Part shown: one piece after another, positions 27,257 through 37,600 of the stretch
Layout: every line of letters begins with the position of its first letter
Numbering within the stretch: position 1 is the stretch's first letter
Translations under genes and position numbers: made by a program
DNA from: Anthoceros angustus
Lineage: Eukaryota > Plantae > Anthocerotophyta
Direction of reading: 5' to 3'
Length of the DNA: 64,000 nucleotides
Assembly: GCA_010909165.1 (NCBI GenBank)
Contig: VJWM01000068.1
Coordinates: 620,001-684,000, forward strand
Notes under the pieces: generated by a model
What the model was told of the DNA's origin: nothing
The model's input: only the letters and a program-made list of their open reading frames with translations
The model's database searches: none

Positions 27257-28843
27257 TCACAGGTCCACGGGTTCACAGCAATTGGCGGGCAATATCTTGA
27301 CCTGGGTTCTGTTGGCAGCAGCAGATCTCAGAAAAGACACTGCAGGATAGACCTCATCCGGAATGTTTGTCCAAGGAGCAACGACTCTAACGTCATTGTA
27401 TGTGAATACACACTGCCGTATCCTCATGTCCAGACGGACCGATACTCTTGCCTCAAGCCCTGAGAAGGTGATATTGGACTTGGATGGCACACAAGTTGTA
27501 TTGTGCCAGAATCTGCTGTTGCTGTCGAGGATCCATCCACTGGACTCGTGCCCCAGCCAAACCGCATACTTGAAAGAATCCGGGCCTCGGTCAGTGCAAA
27601 GGCCAATTCCTATCTCACTCCGCAGATTTTCATGCTTGATCCGAAACTCCCATTCATAAACCCCGGTTCCCCTCGCTGGAGAAACTGTTCTTGCACAACC
27701 TGTGAAACCCATGCTACTCAACTCCCTGCCATCATCTGTGTTAGAGGGCTGCAGCATTGTGTATCGAGCATTAGAGTCCCACTGCACCACAAATGGTCCC
27801 CTGTAAAGTATTTGTGTGGCCCGGCCTAGATGAGCCGCCTGGTAACACAGAGCTTCAAACATCATGTCTTGTGGGATGACCTGCAGAGGTTTGATGATGA
27901 CAGCAATGTCCCTCGATCTTATAAGCCTGAAGTCAATAAGAGGCAAAAATGGAAGAACAATAGCAGCTATCTGCTTTGTAAGTTCTGGCTTCAGCTTAGC
28001 TATGAGCTCAGTATCCGTCTCTGCAGCAAATTCCAACTTGTTAACGAATTCCTGCATCTCGTCTACTGCAGTACCAGGCAGTTGCTGAGCTGCCCACAAC
28101 ATCAAGTACAAACAGGTGTCAACCTCCGTAGTAGCAAATGGTGTGATCTCTGCAGTATCACTCTCCAGCGAGCGTGAGAGCAAGAACCGCAGCGCTTTAG
28201 CGGTGAGACACTGAGGACTGATGGACTGGAGATGTCTGGACAAGAGAATCTTCAGCAGATAGCCAAAGAGCTCCTTGTCCTCTTCCTCCGACAGACATTC
28301 CAGAGCTTTGGAAAGAGTATCGGCAGCCCTGTCACTAATCTCACAGTAGTCCAAGTGACCATCCGTATTGCTCATCTGCAGGTGATGCAGTGCTTCCTCT
28401 AGCACTAGCACAGGATCCTCATGCAGCTGGAAATAACGGCAAACATGTATCACCTCCACTGGAGTCTTATGATACCTGTGAACCCGGATAGCTCCCGTGA
28501 AGGAATATTCAAGAAGGAATTTCAAGGCTTCTGTGCTCATGTCCGGAAACGGAATCGAAACCATGTCCTGAGCTGGCGAGGTTTCCTTCATCCCATTCAG
28601 AAGCATACGGTTGAGCACCGGCGATCGTTGTGACAGGTTGTACTTGCTTCCGAACAGCTCCACCTGAGTTGCACTAACGAGCTTCACATCGCTGAAAGGA
28701 CTTGCAAGAGTAAAGTCGGGCAAATTCCCCCTGGACAGACCATCTCTAGAGCTGGAGGTGGAGCTGGAGCGCACCTCCACACGCGTCCGCTTCCTTGAAG
28801 TCTCCCGAAAAAACCAGGGGTAAAGCTGCGTGGTCTCTGTCAT
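27257..28843 (-). CDS. Intronless BTB/POZ - helical (BACK-like) - SPRY/B30.2 protein
   Basis: BTB (FSDVKLV...LSQRSPVLNRMLLNGMKET...LKFLLEYSFTG...CRYFQL), PFLPLIDFRLI, and C-terminal SPRY (GVYEWEFRI, IGIGLCT, SSGWILDS, VSVRLDM, VYPAVSF). First ATG is at 28843. Confidence 0.88.
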   Translation of the reverse strand: MTETTQLYPWFFRETSRKRTRVEVRSSSTSSSRDGLSRGNLPDFTLASPFSDVKLVSATQVELFGSKYNLSQRSPVLNRMLLNGMKETSPAQDMVSIPFPDMSTEALKFLLEYSFTGAIRVHRYHKTPVEVIHVCRYFQLHEDPVLVLEEALHHLQMSNTDGHLDYCEISDRAADTLSKALECLSEEEDKELFGYLLKILLSRHLQSISPQCLTAKALRFLLSRSLESDTAEITPFATTEVDTCLYLMLWAAQQLPGTAVDEMQEFVNKLEFAAETDTELIAKLKPELTKQIAAIVLPFLPLIDFRLIRSRDIAVIIKPLQVIPQDMMFEALCYQAAHLGRATQILYRGPFVVQWDSNARYTMLQPSNTDDGRELSSMGFTGCARTVSPARGTGVYEWEFRIKHENLRSEIGIGLCTDRGPDSFKYAVWLGHESSGWILDSNSRFWHNTTCVPSKSNITFSGLEARVSVRLDMRIRQCVFTYNDVRVVAPWTNIPDEVYPAVSFLRSAAANRTQVKILPANCCEPVDL

Positions 28844-29094
28844 GACCAAATCCCGGGAATACTGAGCTACTCGCCGCTGCACCCCAAGACAAACACAATC
28901 GGGCAGTAAGATTGTTGAGAAAGCTCAGTACGTACTCCCTCATCTACCTTGCACGCAGAAAGCGTTTAGTTTATCTATGTGCATGTGTTACCAACATGCG
29001 CAGACTTCATTGTCAAGGACGAGGATGATAGATAGTTCCTTCCATGGTCAAACAGATAGAAACAAATTAATTAAAAACAAATCCGTGAAGCAAT

Positions 29095-29122
29095 AAGTCA
29101 CTTTGACTTAGCGGTTAGTCAA
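29095..29122. promoter_or_regulatory. W-box cluster in the shared BTB-SPRY/NLR upstream region
   Basis: aagtcactttgacttagcggttagtcaa: TTGACT at 29103-29108, AGTCAA at 29117-29122, and a third TGAC core. Function is inferred. Confidence 0.4.
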
Positions 29123-29924
29123 TCTGCCTCCGACGCTACAGACCGCAGTTCGAAGCCCGCAGCAGACTATGATGAAACCAGGCCGCACGTAGCACACCTG
29201 AGCTACCCGACCCTGAATAGGGATGACTCTCGGCCATCTGAGTCTACTCGCCAGTTGTTTTGCTCGCAGCTTGACAAACGCTTCCTGTTGCTTGCAGCTC
29301 GACAAACGCTTCCTGTGTAGACGATCCGGATCCGACGGCAGGCAACTTGCCGGACCCCCAAAAACCCTCGGCCGCTGTCAGGGACGAGGAGACGCGTCTT
29401 CTTCTTTCTCGCAGTACAGAAAGTTGAGGCGCGCAGAGAAAAAAAAAACAAAATGGCGCCACGTGTAGTTTGACGAAGGGAGGGAGGGGGAGGCGGAAGA
29501 CGCACCGATCCAATCCTTGAGCTGCCTTGCCTCACAGGCTCCCTGACTCGATCCTGAAGGGCCCACGCATCTGAATGCCAGACGCTATGAATAGACAGCC
29601 CGGGATCGAAACTGTGGTCCAGGAAGGTGAAGCAGCCGTACTCGCAGCCGCTCGCTCTCAACCTCTCGGAGTGACGCCGACACGCAGCAGTTGCGCGACG
29701 CCCCACGCCCACCGCACCCGCACCGCTGCCGCAACTTGTGAAGAAGTTGCGCCAGCTGGAGATGCCGATGCTGGTGCTTGCCCCCGCCTCTTCCTCCCCA
29801 TCGCTACGTGCTTGCACTGCCTCTCGTTCCTGCCTCTGCCTCTGCCTCTGCCCCCGCCCCATCCCGCCGCGATAATCTCCCGGCGCGCGCTCTTGGGAGT
29901 GGAGTAGAGCCGCCTCTCTCCGCC

Positions 29925-32900
29925 ATGCCCGGCATGAGCAGCATGGAGGCTCGCACGGCCGGCATGAAGCATGACTTCGCAATTCTCTCCCAGATTGTGG
30001 GAGCGTTACGGGAACGGGGGCTGGCGGACGAGCAGTCCGCGCAGGCTACCGCGGATTTGTGTGACGGCATGCAGGCACTGTTCCGGCGCCCGGCCCGGTG
30101 CGTTCCTCTGGCTGGGAATCCGCAGCCGCAGGTGCAGGTGCAGGTGCAGGCGCAGGCGCAGGCGCAGGCCGGCCAGCTGCTCGACACCCTGCACGCATCT
30201 GTCGTGAGCGCTGTTAGATCTTTGGCTTCCTGTTTTGTGTCGCGACGGAGCAGCGTTGTGGATCATGAGCTCTGGAAATGCCTTTTGTTCATCGCCGTGG
30301 AGGTGAGGGGATTCGTGGCGCAGCTTCTTGTCGTTCTCGGTCCGCCTTCGCAGGTTGAAGCCCGAGGTGAGACTCAGTGTTGGAGCAACAGGTGCGTGCA
30401 ATCTTGTCATCGTTGGAGTGTAACTGGAGGTTGTGAATCTGTTGACGCAGCTGCTGCACATTTGGACGCTTGCTGTGAGGTGCTGTGCTGTGGAATGCGC
30501 GGGGGAGCAGGGAGAGGTGCTTCTGCGGACGCGGAGGGAACGGGTGGACGAGCCTCGGAGCAGGGTATGGATTGGGAGCGGGAGAGCCTTGTGGACGCAT
30601 GTGGCGAAACTGCGAGGGTGATAGATAGCTCTTTGAAGAACCTAGAGACGGCACTCTCGCGCATGCATGCGCATCTTGCATCAACAGCTGGAGGTCTTGA
30701 TGAGGTTTTGAGTCGTGTGAATTCAGACGCTCCTTGTGTTTTGATGGCTCAGCTCAGGGAGAAGGTACAGCTCTTCCTGGACGAGCCCCTCGTTCTTCAA
30801 GTGCCGGTTGCTCAGCCTGTGCGTCCCGCTTCAAGTGTTCGGCCTCCTGCCTCGGAGACTGGAGAGCACAGTCGCCTGGGAAACTCCCCCAGCGCCGCCG
30901 ATATTAGTGTACAGGAGCAACATGTGGCATCACAACCGACCGTCCCCGACTCGTCTGACAGCAAGGGACAACCGGACCAACAGTTTCTCAAGGAGCTCAA
31001 GATGACTCTGAGTGCGGGCATTAGGCGGGAACTGGTGACGGGGTTGGTGAAGGGCGAATCTGAGCTTTCGGGGCAGACTCATTTGGAATCCACGGATAAT
31101 TTATCTTGTACGGGAGGAGAACCGCTTGCTTCTGTCGACAAGAGCGTTGGGCAAGAACAGATCCACACCAGTCATACGTCACATGTGTTCCTTGAAGACG
31201 TGGAGAAAGTGAAAGGTAAGCTGCTGTCCCGAGACGGGCCGGTATGGGTTGTAATTAATGGGAAGGATGGGCTAGGGAAGACGTCCCTTGCTGGAAATGC
31301 ATGTCGCTCTCCAGATGTTATGGATCGGTTTTTGGGAGGAGTGTTCTGGGTGTCTTTGGGTCGTTTTCCAGATCTGAAAGCCCTCCAGAGCCAGCTGTTA
31401 GCAGACATCACTGGCTGTAGAGAAACTTTTGCATCAGTAGTCGATGGACTAGCGGCCCTGTCGAAGCAACTGGCTGAAAGGCTGCCAAGTGTACTGGTGG
31501 TGGACGATGTATGGGAAGCTGAGCACCTCAAAGCTTTTGCAGTGTATGACCATACTTTGAGGGGCAAATGTTTGGTCACCACGCAACACATCAACGTGTT
31601 GGACTGGACACAAAAGGAGGAAGTCGTCTTGCTGCCACGAGGAGAACAGGAGGCAGCTAACCTTTTCTCCTGTGTCTTTACGAGTTGCGTCAGCCCACCA
31701 TCAGCATTACCACTAACATCTGAAGCTGGTTTTGTGGAGGAGTACGTCAAGCTCTGTGATGGTGTTCCTCTCATTCTTCATGCATTTGGTAGCTCCTTTT
31801 CTGGTGAAAGTGACATGCACAAGTTGGATAAGCTGAGGAAAATGGTCGAGATCTGCAAAGGACAGAATAGTGAGGACTATGACTGTGGGTCACTTGCGAG
31901 GGCTGCTGCTAAGACGGGGCTCCCGGATGATGTCTCAAGGGATGCAGACACGAGCCTTTCTTATTCTGAAAGGAGACCCCCTGATGAGCATGAGGGACTG
32001 CTGCCCGCAGCGAATGAGACTGCAGATAAGCCCAAGGTGCCTGACACTCAGAGGGTTTCGCATTCCCAGAAGATGCAGGATGAGGAGTTGCTGAGGGTGC
32101 GACACCCTGCAAGGCTGCAGGGTTTCCGACGGATATTCTTCAAGCATATTGGTCACAGGAAAGTCAACAACGCGAATGCAACTCAGGAAGAGGACGAGTG
32201 TCACCAGGATAGCCATCTCTACCATATCAGGCACATGCTGGTACCGCTTCTCCTAAGCCTGGACTCCCTGGCAGCAATTCACCCTGTACTGCTTGACCGT
32301 TTCTTGGACCTGGCTGCCTTTCCTAAAGGTGAGTATGTCAGCACTTGTAGGGTTCAGGATGTATGGGAAGCTGGCCGAGTGCAGGATAATTCCTACACTC
32401 TTATCCTTCTTGGCCTATTTGCCAGTCGGGCCATGGTTGAATGGTCTCTTGGCCCTAGACAGGGAAATGGTTCCTTCAAGGACACAGGGAACTGGTTCTG
32501 CTGGAGACTCCCAGCTCTGTTCCATGACCTTGCACAGGTCGTCATCAATCTAGACAATGGAACACTCATCCAGGTATCTAGTTTTCAAAAATTTGGGGGC
32601 ACTGTTGATCAGGGTCCTAACCAGCAAACTGTGAGACAGGTTACTCAAGAGGTTGAGATGACGCCGGTTACATCACTGTCGTCTTACGCTTTGTCCCAAG
32701 GACGACATTCTGGTGAAGGAGCCAGGGCTTTTGATTGGGAATGTATTCTTCAAAGGATCTTGCATTTGGGGGTCAAGGCCAGGTCGGGTAGTTCTTCAAG
32801 TCTCGACCAGCTTCTAAATGGCAACAGGCGAGATAGCACGGACAGCAGCACTGGGGCAACTAGCATGGTAACTGCAGCTGTAAACAAGCGCACAGAGTTT

Positions 32901-34415
32901 GTACGAAAGCACCTCCAGTTTTCCTCCTTGACACCGAGACTTTTCTCACCAGCTTCCCAGGAGAACAGGTTCCCTATTGGCTGGGTAGATGACACAATTA
33001 GTATGGTCACTGAGAAGCTGTCGGTAGACCGGTGTAACATTAGCCATCTGCCAGATTCCCTTAATTTTCCGTGTCTCAGAGTCGCCCTGTTGGGCAATAA
33101 TGGATTTCTGAAGGAAATCCCATCTCCCACCTTTAACAGTATGGGTAACCTGGAAATGCTGGAACTGAAGGGCTGCTCGGCACTGAGGGCACTTCCAAAG
33201 GCTATTTGCTTCCTTCAGTCCCTGAAGCTGTTTGACTTGAGTGACTGCACATGTCTTCAAGTCATACCAACTTCGATAAGTAAGCTAACCAGTCTTGTCC
33301 ATTTCCGCCTTGCTAGGTGTGTTTCCCTTAGTAGTTTACCCCAGTCAATGTGCTCCCTGACCAGATTAGAATCATTGGATATCAGTGGATGTTCTAAGCT
33401 TCGATATTTACCAGCCAATATAGGATCCTTACGCTCCCTGAAGTACCTCTGCTTGAAGGGTTGTACTGCTCTCCAGTTCATTCCGCGTTCTATTACTCAG
33501 CTAAATAGCCTTATCAGTGTTGACTTCACTGAATGTCGCAGTCTAGTATACACCCCTCCTTATCTGAACCGGCTGGTGGCAAGCTTTCAGGGAGCACGTC
33601 CAATGGTTGTACCACCTGGAGTATGGAAGATGACAAACCTGGAAACTCTGCATTTGTCTTCTATCATGCGCTTGACCTCCGTACCGTCAACAGTTGCGCA
33701 GTTGGCACATGTTCGGCAGCTGGACCTCTCTGGCTCCAAAAGTCTAGAGTATTTACCACAGGAGCTGGGGTCCCTGACCTTATTGGAAGAACTTGATCTA
33801 AGCAGCACAGCCTTGCGAAAACTGCCTCCGGCCATTGGCAACTTGGCGAATTTACTTCACCTATACTTGAGAGACTGCCCAAGGTTACTATCCCTTCCAC
33901 CCACAATGGCATCCCTACCAAAGCTTCAGGTGTTAGAGTTGTCACATTGCTGGGATCTTATCGTTATCCCTGCATCTTTTGGAGAGTCAAACTCCTTCAG
34001 GGAATTGGGTGAGCTGAATATCTCTGGCTGTGGCTTCAGAAGTCTCCCAACCTTCTCGCCAGGTGCATGTCGGAAACTCAGGAAGCTCAACCTTTCTGCT
34101 TGCTACAACTTGGCTACTTTACCTTCGGGACTTGGTGGTTTACCGCTCCTGGAGGTTTTGAACTTGGATGGCTGTCGAACTCTTAGTTCACTGCGAGACC
34201 TCGGTTCTGGAGGATTGTCAAGTCTCGCACACCTCAGTCTGAGAAACTGCACTGCCCTGACATCCTTGCCTGCAGCTGAGTTTTCACAGCTTAAGAGCTT
34301 GACATATCTGGATGTAAGTGGATGTTCTGCTAACCCTATTCCGGAGGCTATTCTTGCACGAGCTAGGAGTCAAGAGTTGAAGCTCATTAGATGGGGCGCT
34401 ATCTGGAAAGGGTAG
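29925..34415 (+). CDS. Intronless NLR (helical N-terminus, NB-ARC, ~20 LRRs), ~1500 aa
   Basis: P-loop GKDGLGKTSLA, kinase-2 VLVVDDVW, RNBS-B KCLVTTQ, GLPL-like CDGVPLIL, RNBS-D FLDLAAFP, and LRRs LxxLxLxxCxxLxxLP from ~33000 to 34330. First ATG is at 29925; the ORF is open from 29778. Confidence 0.93.
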   Translation: MPGMSSMEARTAGMKHDFAILSQIVGALRERGLADEQSAQATADLCDGMQALFRRPARCVPLAGNPQPQVQVQVQAQAQAQAGQLLDTLHASVVSAVRSLASCFVSRRSSVVDHELWKCLLFIAVEVRGFVAQLLVVLGPPSQVEARGETQCWSNRCVQSCHRWSVTGGCESVDAAAAHLDACCEVLCCGMRGGAGRGASADAEGTGGRASEQGMDWERESLVDACGETARVIDSSLKNLETALSRMHAHLASTAGGLDEVLSRVNSDAPCVLMAQLREKVQLFLDEPLVLQVPVAQPVRPASSVRPPASETGEHSRLGNSPSAADISVQEQHVASQPTVPDSSDSKGQPDQQFLKELKMTLSAGIRRELVTGLVKGESELSGQTHLESTDNLSCTGGEPLASVDKSVGQEQIHTSHTSHVFLEDVEKVKGKLLSRDGPVWVVINGKDGLGKTSLAGNACRSPDVMDRFLGGVFWVSLGRFPDLKALQSQLLADITGCRETFASVVDGLAALSKQLAERLPSVLVVDDVWEAEHLKAFAVYDHTLRGKCLVTTQHINVLDWTQKEEVVLLPRGEQEAANLFSCVFTSCVSPPSALPLTSEAGFVEEYVKLCDGVPLILHAFGSSFSGESDMHKLDKLRKMVEICKGQNSEDYDCGSLARAAAKTGLPDDVSRDADTSLSYSERRPPDEHEGLLPAANETADKPKVPDTQRVSHSQKMQDEELLRVRHPARLQGFRRIFFKHIGHRKVNNANATQEEDECHQDSHLYHIRHMLVPLLLSLDSLAAIHPVLLDRFLDLAAFPKGEYVSTCRVQDVWEAGRVQDNSYTLILLGLFASRAMVEWSLGPRQGNGSFKDTGNWFCWRLPALFHDLAQVVINLDNGTLIQVSSFQKFGGTVDQGPNQQTVRQVTQEVEMTPVTSLSSYALSQGRHSGEGARAFDWECILQRILHLGVKARSGSSSSLDQLLNGNRRDSTDSSTGATSMVTAAVNKRTEFVRKHLQFSSLTPRLFSPASQENRFPIGWVDDTISMVTEKLSVDRCNISHLPDSLNFPCLRVALLGNNGFLKEIPSPTFNSMGNLEMLELKGCSALRALPKAICFLQSLKLFDLSDCTCLQVIPTSISKLTSLVHFRLARCVSLSSLPQSMCSLTRLESLDISGCSKLRYLPANIGSLRSLKYLCLKGCTALQFIPRSITQLNSLISVDFTECRSLVYTPPYLNRLVASFQGARPMVVPPGVWKMTNLETLHLSSIMRLTSVPSTVAQLAHVRQLDLSGSKSLEYLPQELGSLTLLEELDLSSTALRKLPPAIGNLANLLHLYLRDCPRLLSLPPTMASLPKLQVLELSHCWDLIVIPASFGESNSFRELGELNISGCGFRSLPTFSPGACRKLRKLNLSACYNLATLPSGLGGLPLLEVLNLDGCRTLSSLRDLGSGGLSSLAHLSLRNCTALTSLPAAEFSQLKSLTYLDVSGCSANPIPEAILARARSQELKLIRWGAIWKG

Positions 34416-34602
34416 GCTGACAGGCGAAAAATCTGAAAGGTAATACAACATGCCTGTAAGGAGCGAGTGCTGTTCGCACACAGGAGTCGGATGGGGTGAC
34501 AGCCAAGAACATGCTCTGACAGACGGTAGTCTTTCAGCAGGTGAAGGCCGCTTGTGTTCTGCTATTTGCTCACTGCTGCATCAGAGGTATTCAAGATGGC
34601 CA

Positions 34603-37600
34603 TCAGCAAAAGTAGGGGTTATCCAAGTTTGAGTATTTCTTCTGTCAAGTTAGTACCCTTAACACTTCGTCGAGCCAGTGAGTAATTCAACGAGTCAACG
34701 ACCACCCCATTCAGCACTCCATTCAACGAAATGGTTACCTCCTTCAGGACTGGCACTAGCTTTTGAGCATCCACCCTGCATCTCTTGCTCTTTGGTACGT
34801 CCGCACACTCATTGCAGACATACTCAGGACCTGCAATATGGTGACCTCTTGAATGATAATCAAATGCATTTTCATACTGCAACATATGGCTTTTCCAACA
34901 TTAAAAATATCGAGTTTTACCAGGATCAGCGCCGTCACAGACTACGCACCCGATATGAAGTTTCCTGTGACAGACTCTGCAGTCCAGCTGATATTGACAA
35001 CCAAAATCCGTGAACCCCAGCAAACAGCACCTAGGATTAAGGTATAAAGTGTGACCTCCAATGCACATACCATGGGACCATATGCGGGTACATTGCACAC
35101 ACAACCTATACTCGTTACAGGTTGCAGATCCTTTAGATGCATGGTAGGTTGAAGTGGCTTCTCTTGCTGACAGCAAGGTCCTAAGCCCACGCCCTGAAAA
35201 TCCAAACAGTCCTGAAAATCAAACAATCAAGGACGTCAAATCCCAAGACAATGTAACGTCATGTCACCTTGTTGAAATAAATAAAAATGCTAATTCCATT
35301 TGTTCACCTCGCAGGACTGCAAATGAGGTCTTCTTTCAGGAGATTCATAGTCATACAAAGGTGTAACAGCTCCAGAAATTCCACGGTCTGCAAAAAGTTT
35401 CTATTGCACTTGGTTAAGGTGAGTTTCCTTACATCAAATCCACTTTCTTCACAGGGAAAGATTCTATTTAGGCAGTATGAGCAGTGGCTGAAACTACGGT
35501 TTCCTGATAATTACCTGAGTTTGGTGGAGGACGTGCTTCAGTCACGACGACCTCTGTAGCAACTTCCACATTCTGTTCCCTTGAACTGATGCTTTCGTCC
35601 ACAGGTTCCAGATCTGCATTAGTCTTAGGATCAGGAAAACTAGCCAGTAGCCTTCCATAGCGACAGTCATTATGTTCCTCCTCAAGTGTCTGATGGGATT
35701 GACATGCTGAATCATACTTGCCATGTTGGTTAAAGCTTGCGGCCCCTTGCATGGCCTGGTGTCCATCTCACAATAGTCTCCGTACGCTGCATCGGCCACT
35801 CGCAGCACGTCTGAAGATGTAGTTTCGGAGTCAGGTAAGAAGCAGATACCATTGGCTTCAGAGTCTTCCCCAGATTTCAAAGTTCCTCTACACATCCCTC
35901 CTGCTGTCCCCTTCTGCACTGATCCATGACTTATCAGAACTGACGGTGATGTTGATGGAGGCCTGCTAAGTCGCGCAAGGATAGAACTGATTCTATGCCT
36001 GTCTGGGCCGCCCCCTTCCACTCGCTCTGCTGAGTACGTACTACAGTTAGCACCCGTCTCATATTTAGATACCATTTCCTCACGTGAGACACCGTTTCGG
36101 GGTTGCTTGGCTTCAGCAGAAACACTTGCTGCAACTTCGTCCTTTGCATCCATCCATACCTGTAAAAATATCCAAGAGGCCGTTGAGGTCTCTGTACAAC
36201 GGTCTGCATCAATTCAACCTCGCATGAATTGTGAGCTGCATGCCTGCTACCATGCTCTGACCTTGCTGACAATTGCCCTCCCTGGAGAACCTGTAGACCC
36301 CATCCTGTTACTACTGGGGCCCTCCGTGCCTTCTTGGGGTCCATCATTTTCTGCAAATCAAGAGTTCACATCAAAGATGTGCAGCTTTCAGACCGCCACG
36401 ACTATGAAACTGCTCGGTGCACCATGTTGGAACAAATCTAGCCATTCTCCTAAGGGAGCATAACAATCAACTACCCGCGTCCTTGAAGAGCTCAGATCTC
36501 TGCTGCAGGTTTTTCTGTTCACATGAAGCTTTTGCAGCCCCATATGGCATGTCAGGACTGCATTTCAGCAATGGGCTGACACTTCGGACTTCTCCTTCCC
36601 TTGTCACAAACCTGACATAATTCAGTCTCGAATGATTTTTTCTGCCACTTCTGCCGCAAGCATGACTTGCCGAGAAGGCATACATAATGCGATCCCCTCT
36701 GACTGTGGAAGGAAGTGAGGGAATATTTAAATGTATTGATACCTGTGCTTCTTCTGTTCCAGTCCATGTACAAGAGTCTCAGATTTCTACATGGCAGCAA
36801 AACTTGAATCATGTACCTGCATAGCGAGCCTGCCTCCAATTGCTGAATGAACAGGAAATGGACAGGCGCAACGTAGCAGTCCCCTAAATGGTACAGAAAA
36901 GCGTACCTCTTTGACCTTTTCCCTTAACATCTGAACCTCCTGCCGTGCTGCTACAAGTTCTTCTATAGCGGTGATCAAGGCCTTATCCTGCTGCGTACAT
37001 GTAGCCTGCATTTTCAGAAGCCCTTCCCCCAATATTTGCACCTCAGACAACAGCTCCTGCCGTAGAGGATTTAGACCAAAAGACACTGTAAGCCTCTTCG
37101 TCAATCATATGATGCACGAACATGAGGCATTAGTAGCTCCAGCTTGAAACTCACAACAGTACCTCTTTGTCCGAGCTCAGGCTGGAGATGATGTGCTCTT
37201 TGATCTCAACTGTTTCCCGCAAGTGGGAGAGTCAGGGTGATACGTCAGAACTAAAGTGAACAGGACAAAATTGACAAGTGATTTTGCAAAACTGTTTCCA
37301 GGATATTGTGGATAACTGAGCTGCAAGGCTGTTATCATGTTTTGCATTGGCCAACTTTTCCTCCAATAGCCACATGGCTGCATTCTTTGCAGATACAAGT
37401 GCCGTTGCGTCCTCCAGATTTGACTCTAAAGCTTTTATTTTCTCTGCATTTGGACACTGACCTTAGTTAGCACAATGGAACCTCCACCTTCCGTGGTAGC
37501 TGCCAAAACGACTTGCCAGGAATGCCCAAAAGCAGCCGCATCAATAACAACGCAGCATTCACTTCACACCCACGAGTTGAAACCCAAAGAGCTTGGAATC

